Below are positions 1 to 10,700 of a stretch of 64,000 nucleotides of DNA, piece by piece. Position 1 is the first letter of the stretch; each line of letters opens with the position of its first letter. The translations under genes and the position numbers were made by a program. The notes beneath the pieces are model-generated. The model saw only the letters and a list, made by a program, of their open reading frames with translations, ran no database searches and was not told the DNA's origin. Source of the DNA: Sphyrna mokarran (taxonomy: Eukaryota); contig JAGIQG010000043.1 of assembly GCA_024679065.1 (NCBI GenBank), forward strand, positions 1,550,001-1,614,000, written 5' to 3'.

Positions 1-3000
1 GCCCATCCTCCCTCCTCCTCCCCCCATGGCTTTTCCCAAAGCCATGCATTTACAAAAAGCATCCATTCTAATTTGAGCGCCCCTGTTCCATCGGTACCCA
101 TCATATACTCAGATATAGCAATCTGGATCTTAACTATTGTCTATGTGAAATAAAATGAATTTTATATCATGACGTTGTTGCTATTTTAGGCAAATCACCT
201 TCAATCGGTACCTTAGAATTTTCGTTGTATTTTTTACCAAGACAAGTTGGTCTTTTTTTTGGTGTACTATAAATGACACACACAGATCCAGAAAGGTTCT
301 CAATTCGAAGCTGAAAAAAGCAACCTGCACCCCTCCATTTAATATGGACTGCAGTCATAATCGAGTAATATTCAATAGTCCCTCGTGCGGCATTTGAAAG
401 AAGGCACATCAATGTATTTCGCAATCCTATGTAAGTAGCAATTTCTGGATTATACGGGTTTGCCCAGGCGATTGCTGTTCAGAAAATTGCCAGAACTGAT
501 TAATCCCTAGATAAGTTCCTATCGTTTTATTAATTCGCGGGACATGGATGTTGCTAATTGCAGCTAATGCACCTTCGAGATTTCATTGCCTGAGGGAGAA
601 GGAATGAAATCTTTCTTTAACATTGTTAAATTTACTGAGGTTGTTGCAGTTTCTCGCCCAGCCCACACGATGCCGCGCTAACGCGATGCCCCCCCAATTT
701 TAGCACTCAATGAGTACCTCACTCTAATCCTACTTCTACCTATGACATTTGTATGCATCTCATGGACTCCACGATAAAGTGGTGCAAACTTAGGGAATTA
801 TATGAGTACTAGATTAAGAGAGATCCAATTCAGAGACAATTTATTGACACCAATCAGCCTTGTTTTGGGGGCATGGGAGGAAACCGGGGCCCCCGGGGTA
901 AACCCAAGCAAGCACGGGGAGAATGTAAAAACTCCCAAAGACCCAAGCTGGAGATCCGAGCCTGGTCCCTGTAACAGCACAGCAAATAGTGATATTCACT
1001 GAAATATCGTTTTGCCGGTCAATTGGTCCAATTTAACCATACACCTACGACGTGAAACAGTAGGCAACTCTCAAAGCAACATCCAAGAGCAGCCCTGTCA
1101 CGACCCATCGTGTGTCTGCCCCTTGTTAGACAAGAAGGTGGACCAAAGCACCTGTAGGATAAAAACAAGTACATTAATATCATCATCTATTTGCACACTT
1201 CCCAGAGACTCGCAAGGCTCATGACAAACAGCAGTGGCCCCAAAATAGATCCTTGAGGTGCACCACTTGTAACTGAACTCCAGGTTGAATATTTCCTATC
1301 AACCACCACCAATACCTTCTATCAACTAGCCACTTCCTGATCCAAACTGCTAAATGACCCTCAATCCAATGCATCTGCATTTTCTGAAGTAGCTTACCAT
1401 TGGGAACCTTATCAAACGCTTTACAGGAGTGAATTTCAGGACTGACAGAGAACATAAATCCAAATTCAGCTCTTATTCCGTAACATTTCACTCGTTTTTT
1501 TTACATTAAAATGAACGGTTGATATTCAACAAAAACCAAAATCCACTGTCTAAAATTTGAAAAGAAACTCTTACAAACTCCAATGCAAATTTCTATAAAC
1601 GTAGGCAGGAATCGTGGCTGGAAATGGGAATGTCGGGCTCGTTGGGCCGAAGGGCCCTTTCCTGTGCTGTGTTGTTCTTTGTTCTTTGTTTGTTGTTCCA
1701 TTGTACAACGCCTGAGTCTGTTTCTTGCTGCACTCCAATTCTATAAGTTCTCATGCCTCTCACTTTTAAAGTAGTGACGCAAATCCGAATCTCGGACTAC
1801 TATTGCCAGCGCAATATAAAACACTATACAATAAAGATTTCATTTAATTATAAGTTTATTATTGATCAAAACAGATCATCCTTCGGAAAGATAGACACAG
1901 TAATTGATATTCACACGTCGACAATTGCAAAGGAACAACATTCCGATGAATAACTGAAGCCAGGCAATCAGGAGAATATTTTCAGGAAAATCCAGCAGTC
2001 TCTTAACTTTCCTCAATGTTTCTTCCCCAGTTGAAGGATCCAGATCCAGTAATATCCCAATATCATTTATAGCTAAGACTGGAGTCGATTTTAAAGGGAA
2101 TTTCCTTGGCTTTCAATTAGGTTGTGGGGTTTTCGGGAATTCCTGCCTCCTCTATAATTCACGGCTTTTTTTTTCATTTTCAACTCTTCATTTTCGATCT
2201 CTTTTCCAACGCCAAATCAAGGGTGGCATAGAGCGGTCCACTCTGGAATATTTACAAATTATAGAATCACCATTGAGAGTAGCATAGTCCTTACAGTGTA
2301 GAAGGAGGCCTTTGTCCAATGGATTTTTAAGATAAGCCCAAACCTCAAACATATTATAGAAAATCATAGAATGAAAGAACTTAGACAGAGACTATTTGCC
2401 TCACTGAGTCCGTTTTGGATATTTGAATGAGCTATCCAATTGTTTTGTTTGTTCGTAGGGACATGGACCAAAATTTATTGCCCACCCCGAATTGTTCTTG
2501 TTTAGAGGGTAATTGGGAACCAACCATATTGTTATGGCTCTGGAGTGACAAGGAGACCATATAAGGTAATGATGGCAAATTTCGTTCCCCATAGGACATT
2601 ATTGAACCAGATGGGTTGCTTCTCTCAATCGACAATAGTTTCATGGTCATTGCTGGATTCTTAATTCCAGATTGTTATTCGTTGATTTGAAACTCAACCA
2701 TCTATCTTTTGTGATTCGAAACTTGGTAGCCGGAAAATTCACTGTGCTTCGAGATAAATAGTCGAGCGATAAGATCACGAGGACATCACATCCCATTTAG
2801 ACAAGCATGATTTTAGATTTCCCCATAATGCTCAGCTATGTTCCTTTCAACAAATTGTATTATCTGATTCCCTTTCAAAAGTAACTATTCAAAATACTTC
2901 CATTTGCCTCCATCTCAGTTGGAGAATTGATGGCTTAATGCGTCATGGAAGTGTTATTCGGTAGCATCCCAAGCCTGTGAGATACAGAAGCAAAAGTCGG

Positions 3001-3649
3001 CTATTCAATCATCATGTCCGCTCTGCCATATAATGACCTCATGACTGTTTCCATATGAAAATTGACAACTCCATCTTCCCGCCCTCTTCCCAGAATCCTT
3101 GATTATCTTACTGATTAAGAATCTGACTGTCTCAGCCTTGAAAATGCTTAATGACCAAGCCCCAATAGGCTGAAATTGACTAAAATAACGTGATGACGGA
3201 GAAGCAGCATTTGGAAAGCGATTTAACATACGCATCACTAACATTTATTCATAACAGTGGTGTAATTTGTCTTACAATTCGATTAATGTTAAACAGCCAA
3301 TCTGATTACTATGTTTCTCGATGTGTTATGTTGAAGATTCCCTCAGCAGCATCTCAACATCTATCCCTATCAAGTCCGCTCAGAACCATAGAATTCAAAC
3401 TGTGCAGAATTAGACCATTCCGCCCACTCATACTGCACCACCTTTATGTCACAGTATTTTAAGCAGGTCGTCTCCACCACCCAACACCGTAACCACACAC
3501 ATTTTCCATGACTAATCCGTCTAACGTACACATTTTGGGCCAATAAGGCACAGTTTAGTATGACCAATCCATCTAACCTGCACAACTTTGGACTGTGGAA
3601 GGAAACCAGAGCATTTGGAGAACACAAACGCAGACACGGGGCCAATTTG

Positions 3650-4390
3650 TTATTCATAAATAAACGTTAAACTTTCAGTGGATATTTTGTGCCGCTGTCA
3701 TAAAACAGCTCATTAACAGAAGCATCAAAGTGTGACTCAAATCCCATTCGTCTGCATCCTGGGATCAGCAAATATCCCTGGGCACCTCTTCCAACTGGTC
3801 CTACAGTAATAACACACATTGATACACGGGCAGAGAAAGACACAAACATTCCCTTTCTCACACCGAATGCCTTGGCGCCAGTGAACCACAGGACAGATGT
3901 GACATATAAAGGGCACATTCTCTCGTTATGCAGAGATACACAGACAGAGAATTTCACAAATACGCACAGGCACGCGAAGTCGCCTTCGTTGTACATTCAC
4001 ATCTCTGAACATCTTTTAATTCCCCAGCAAAACTACTACATGTTTGGACATCGTAATTCCAGCAATGAATTCATTACCAAGTGTTTACAGAATTGAGCAA
4101 ACTGGGAGTTGAGTGAGGGAGGACTGAATTGCCAGCGGAGATAAAGGAAGTGAAAAAAAATACCAGAAATCGGACAATCTGCAATGCAAACTGCTGAAAT
4201 CCGCGGAAAAGTCTGACTGAGGTATTGTAATGACAGCATCAATTCAATCACTGTAGGATCAGATTGAAGAGGTCCCCGGGGATATTTGCTGATCCCAGGA
4301 TGTGGAGGAGTGGGATTTGAGTTACATTTTGATGCTTTATGACAGTGGCACAAAATATCCAACGAAAGTTTAATGTTTATTTATGAATCA
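3650..4390. repeat. Imperfect inverted repeat (arms about 150 bp, spacer about 440 bp); also at about 45770-46500
   Basis: catcctgggatcagcaaatatccc (about 3756) pairs with gggatatttgctgatcccaggatg (about 4279). attcataaataaac..actttc..tggatattttgtgcc is mirrored at 4347-4389. Confidence 0.85.
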
Positions 4391-4776
4391 CACTTCGGAT
4401 TACATTAACACTGCAATTAAGTGATTGTGAAAATCACTCAGTCATCATATCCGGCACCTGCTCTGGTACGCTGAGAGAAAATATAGCATAGCCAATGCAT
4501 CCAACCATCACGAATTTGGGACTGTGGGCGGAAACTAGAGCACACGAAAACAAAACATGCATCTCCGGGGGGAACATGCAAAGTCCACACAAACGGTGAC
4601 AATCCAGGAATTTAACCCGGGTCCCTCGTGCTGTGAGAGATCAGTGCTAAACACTTTGTGACCGTGCCACGCTGGCACGTGACGCTTTGTGATCTCCCAA
4701 GCAAAGAACGTCTTGCACTTTATTTAGAAAACCATCAATGTTTTGCACAGTATTAAAATATTTGTAAAGTACTTAC

Positions 4777-7700
4777 TTGTACCGCACCGTCTTGTGTTAC
4801 ATTTTCATGTGTTTGGCGATGGCGACCTGTGTATCAGAGTGGAAAATGCCAATTTAAATGCGATCTTGTTCCAGCTTTAATTAAGTCCTAATTAATTTGA
4901 GATACAATGATATCTCTCAATGCCATTTTGTACCTACGACCCCAATATGTTCATATAATCATAGGACCCTACAGTGCAGAAAGAGGCTATTCGGCCCATC
5001 GAGTCTGCATTGAACACAATCTCACCCAGGCCCTAGCCTTTAATAGTAAACCCACTAATCCCTGTAACCTACGCATCCCTGGACACTAAGGGACAATTTC
5101 TTAGCAAGGTCAATCAATCTAACCCGCACATCTTTGGACTGGAAGGGAACTGCAGCACTCGGAGGAAACCCAAGCAGACACGAGGAGAATGTGAAAAAAA
5201 TCTGCATGGACAGTGACTCAAGCCGGGAATGAAGTTGCTAACCACTGTACTACAGTGCGACTCCAAAGTTAATTGCCCCCACAGTGTGTCAATCCAAAGA
5301 AAATTCCCACAAGTACGAGCGCTTCCCTAGTACATAAAGGGTTCCCAATTCGTCTAACTTCCAAATAATATTTCAAAGGATCACAATTCACCAATGGATG
5401 GACAAGGGATACTTACAACGCATGGTGTTTATGCCAATCTAGTACTTCGCTGCCAGAATTGCTTGCCAATAATTATATTTTTATATATGGGACCAACAAA
5501 TAGATTAATTGCAGATTTTTTTTTCTCTACAGCGGGAAGTTCACATATCACTCAACTAATTTGTTCTTATCTAGGGATTGGCCAACCTCAATGTCCCCTT
5601 TGTGTCACAAATATGCAGGTTACGTGGATTTCACGTGCTACATTGCCACTTAATATCCAAACATATGTAGGGTAAGTGGATTTGACATGCCAAATGGCTC
5701 CTTAGTGCCCAAAGATGTGCAATTAGGTGGATTTGCCATGCTAAATTGTCCCTTAGTGTCAAACGATTTGTGTTATAGGCGAATTGGCCGTGCAAAATTA
5801 CCTGTTAGTATCCAAAGGTGTGTGAGTTAAGTGGGTTGGCCATTTGGTCACAAGTGGTGTACCTCAGGGGTCTGTTTTGAGGCCACTGCTGTTTGTATTT
5901 TTTATAAATGATCTGGATGAGGGTATTGAAGGATGGATTAGTAAATTTGCGGATGACACCAAATTCGGTGGAGTGGTAGATAGTGAAGAGGGGTGTTACA
6001 GTTTGCAGAGAGAATTGGACGAGTTGCAGAGCTGGGCCGAGAGGTGGCAAATGGAGTTTAATGTGGAAAAGTGTGAGGTAATTCACTTTGGCAGGAATAA
6101 CAAATGTGTACAGTATAGGGCTAATGGTAGGACTCTTAATAGTGTTAATGAACAGAGGGATCTTGGTGTATGTGTGCATAGATCCCTGAAAGTTGGCAAT
6201 CAAGTCGATAAGGTTGTTAAGAAGGCATACGGAGTCTTAGCTTTCATTGGTAGGGGGATTGAATTTCGGAGCCGCAACATCATGTTGCAAATGTACAAAA
6301 CCCTAGTGCGGCCACACTTGGAGTATTGTGTGCAGTTCTGGTCCCCACATTATAAGAAAGATGTGGAGGCATTGAAGAGGGTACAGAGGAGGTTTACTAG
6401 GATGTTGCCTGGTATGGAGGGCAGGTCTTATGAAGAGAGGCTGAGGGATTTGAGGTTGTTTTCGTTAGAAAGAAGGCGGCTAAGAGGAGCCCTTATCGCA
6501 ATATATAAGATGATTAGAGGTTTAGATAGGGTGGACAGTGATAGCCTTTTTCCTCGGATGGAGAAAGCTAGCACGAGGGGACACAGCTTTAAATTAAGGG
6601 TGATAGTTATAGGACGGATATCAGAGGTAGGTTCTTTACCCAAAGGGTGGTTCGGGAGTGGAATGCCCTGCCTGCAGCAGTTGTAGATGCGCCAAGTTTG
6701 GTGGCGTTTAGAACATAGAACATAGAACAATACAGCACAGAACAGGCCCTTCGGCCTTCGATGTTGTGCCGACCAAAATAAAAAGCAATGCCCCTCCTAA
6801 CTAAACCATTCCCTTCTCATCCATATACTTATCAACTAACCTCTTAAACGCCACCAAACTTGGCGCATCTACAACAGCTGCAGGCAGGGCATTCCACTCC
6901 CTAATCACTCTTTGAGTACAGACCCTACCTCTGATATCCGTCCTATAACTCATACCCCTTAATTTAAAGCTGTGTCCCCTCGTGCTAGCTTTCTCCATCC
7001 TAGGCAAAAGGCTATCACTGTCCACCCTATCTAAACCTCTAATCATCTTATATGCTTCAATAAGATCCCCTCTTAGCCGCCTCCTTTCTAACGAAAAACA
7101 ACCTCAAATCCTTCAACCTCTCTTCATAGGACCTGCCCTCCATACCAGGCAACATCCTAGTAAACCTCCCCTGTACCCTCTCCAATGCCTCCACATCTTT
7201 CTTATAATGTGGCGACCAGAACTGCACACAATACTCCAAGTGCTGCCGCACTAGAGTTTTGTACAGCTGCAACATGATGCTGCGGCTCCTAAATTCAATC
7301 CCCCTACCAATAAAAGCTAAGACTCCATAAGCATTCTTAACAACTTTATCCACTTGACTGCCTACTTTCAGGGATCTATTGACACATACACCAAGATCCT
7401 TCTGTTCCTCAACACTATTAAGAGCCCTACCATTAGCCCTATACTCTACACATTTATTGTTCCTGCCAAAGTGCATTACCTCACACTTTCCACATTAAAC
7501 TCCATTTGCCACCTCTCGGCCCAGCTCTGCAACTTGTCCAAGTCCCTCTGCAAACTATAACACCCCTCTTCACTATCTACCACTCCACCGACTTTAGTGT
7601 CATCTGCAAATTTACTGATCCATCCTCCAATACCCTCATCCAGATCATTTATAAAAATTACAAACAGCAGGGGCCCCAAAACAGACCCCTGAGGCACACA

Positions 7701-10700
7701 CTCGTCACCGAACTCCACGATGAATATCTCCCATCAACCACCACCCTCTGTCTTCTATCTGCCAGCCAATTTCTAATCCAATTAGCTAAATCACCCTCTA
7801 TTCCACACATCTGCATTTTCTGTAGAAGTCTTCCATGGGCCACCTTATCAAACGCCTTACTAAAGTCCATATATACTACATCAACCGCCTTACCCCCATC
7901 CACCTCTCTGGTCACTTTCTCAAAAAACTCAATGAGGTTAGTAAGGCATGACCTACCCTTCACGAAACCATGCTGACTATCCCCAATCAATTCATTTCTC
8001 TCTAAATAACTATAATCCTATCCCTAATAATTCTCTCCAATACCTTGCCCACCACAGAAGTAAGACTCACTGGCCTATAATTCCCAGGAAGGTCTCTCTT
8101 CCCCTTCTTAAACAATGGGACCACATTCGCCATCCTCCAGTCCTCCGGAACCACACCCGTAACCAACGAGGACCTGAAGATCAGAGCCAGAGGCTCTGCA
8201 ATCTCCTCTCTTGCCTCCCAGAGAATCCTAGGGTAAATCCCGTCCGGCCCAGGGGACTTATCCAACTTCAAACCCTCGAGAATTTCTAACACATCCTCCC
8301 TATCTACTACAATACTCCCCAATTTGCAACCCTGTACCTCAGTGCTCTCCACAGCTACATTTCCAGCACTCTGCGTGAATACCGAAGAGAAATATTTATT
8401 CAGTGCCTCACCAATCTCTTCAGGCTCCACGCACAGCTTCCCACTGCTGTCTATGACTGGCCCAGAGGTTTAAGAGGTTAGTTGATAAGTTTATGGAAGA
8501 GAACGGAATGATTTAGTTTGGAGGGTCATTGCTTTTTTCATAATTGGTCGGCGCAACATCGAAGGCCGAAGGATTGTTCTGCGCTGTAAAGTTCTATGTT
8601 CTATGTTCTATGCTAAATTGCCACTTCGTATCAGCGGGATGAGAAAGGCAATGTGTGGAATTCCAGAGATAGTGGCTGGGTGGGATTATTATCGGTTCAG
8701 ACGTGACGGGCTGATTGGCTTCCTTCTGCACGGTAGGGATTCTGTGAAATATCCGTTCAATGATATTGAATCGCTACCAACTTTTGAATACAACTTACCC
8801 GTTTGTCGCTCATTCTGACCCACTCTGTGTGTTGCCTGTCTCAGGCTCAAACTAGAAAGGAAATGAAAACTATTAAACTGGTGTTACTTCCACCAAATCC
8901 TGGCCCAGGTGCCAGAAATATTGAAAATAGAATGCTCAATTTTAAAATACGGAATATTTTCACGTATACCATTGGAATCGATAATGTTTTTGAATTGTGT
9001 TTAACACAGTATGAAATGCGGAGAGAGTTTTCGTGCTGAATTTGGAAATGGTTCAGTTACTCACATTTCATTTTGGGCTTTTTTTGCTTGCTTTCCTGAA
9101 ATAAGACAGTGCGATCAGCAATAGAAAACTACAAGGAGAATCACACTAGATGAACAATAATGATATTGTGATGACCTCCTGATCATTATTCCTCACCTGA
9201 TCTACCACTCTTCCAAATCCAAATAGAAATAAGCACCAAGAGGAGAATCGGGACAACCAGGATAGTTATGATAATTGAATGATTCAGATTGCACCATCCT
9301 ACAAAGAGAAAAGACTTAGAAACTCTTGCTGAGTTGAATAATTTTCTTCAAGGATGGGAAAAAGGACCCAGACACTCGAGTCAATGTCACTTGACATTCA
9401 TTGGCGTTACCATCAATGAATCATCCATTGACAAATTCTCTGAAGTTATGATTGACCAGAAACTCAACTGAATTCGCCACTTAATTACAATGGATGCAAC
9501 ATAGGTGAGAGGCTGGGAATACTGCGGCAAGTAACTCACTTCATCTCTCAAAGAACAAATAACAACACAGCACAGGAAATAGACCCTTCGGCCCTACAAG
9601 CCCGTGCCACCCATTTTAATGTTCAGTGAATGCCCCATTCCAATGCTTCTTCTACCTACGACTTTTGTCTACATCACATGGACTCCACAATAAAGGTGTG
9701 CAAATTTAGAGAATTATATGTGCGGCAGATTCAGGTAGGTCTAATTTAGGTACAAATTGTTAACACCAATCAGCCTAAAAGCACGTTTTTGGAGTGTGTA
9801 AGGAAACCGGAGCTCCCGGAGAAAACCCACGCAAGCACGGGGTGAATGTGCAAAAACCACAGACACAGGCTCAAGTCGCAAATCCGCACAGGTCCATGTA
9901 TCTGCACAACAAACAGTTACAGTCACTGAGCTCTCGTGTTAACCGTCAGTCGGTCCAGTTTAAGCGTACACTAACGACGTGAAGCACTTGGCAACTCCCG
10001 AAGCAACATCCAAGAGCAGCCCTCGCACGACCCACCGCGTGTATGTCCCTTTTTGGATAACAAGACTGACCGAAACACCTGTGGCTGTAAAAAAAGACAT
10101 CAATAACTTCTCCTCAACGCCTGTCCACTACATACAAGGCACAAACAAGTCAGTAGAGCGATGGAGTACTTCCCACTTGCCTGCTCAGCTTACGTCCAAT
10201 AACATTCAAGAAGCTTGACACCGTCAAGGTTAAAGAAGCCATTTAATTGGCACCACAGGCATTCCCTCCGCCACCTATTGCTCTGGGACAGTCGCGTGTA
10301 ATGTCTACAAGATCCTTAGATATGATCTTCTAAACACATGATCACTTCTAACTAGCTGGACAACAGCAGATACACGGGAGCACTGCCACATGTAGTTTTC
10401 CCTCATTCGCTCATTGTCTTGACTTGGAAATAAGTCCCATTCCTTCACAGTCGCTAAATAAGGATCCTGGAATTTCCTCTCTAACGTTACTGTGGATCAA
10501 ATCACACCAGGTAGGCTACAATGTTTAAAGAAAGCAGCTTACCACCACGGCTCAAAGACAACTAAGAATGTATAATACATCATGGCCTTGCCAGTGACAC
10601 CCAGATCTTACGAATGAAGTAAAAAAAAACAGTCACCTCAAACTGGGGAGTGAAATATTACATGGAATTGCTTGCAACGCATGAACATACAGGATGGAAT

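Noticed and set aside
3667-4096. Short ORFs conserved between the two duplicate copies
   Set aside because: The conservation is explained by the recent segmental duplication, and there are no protein motifs.
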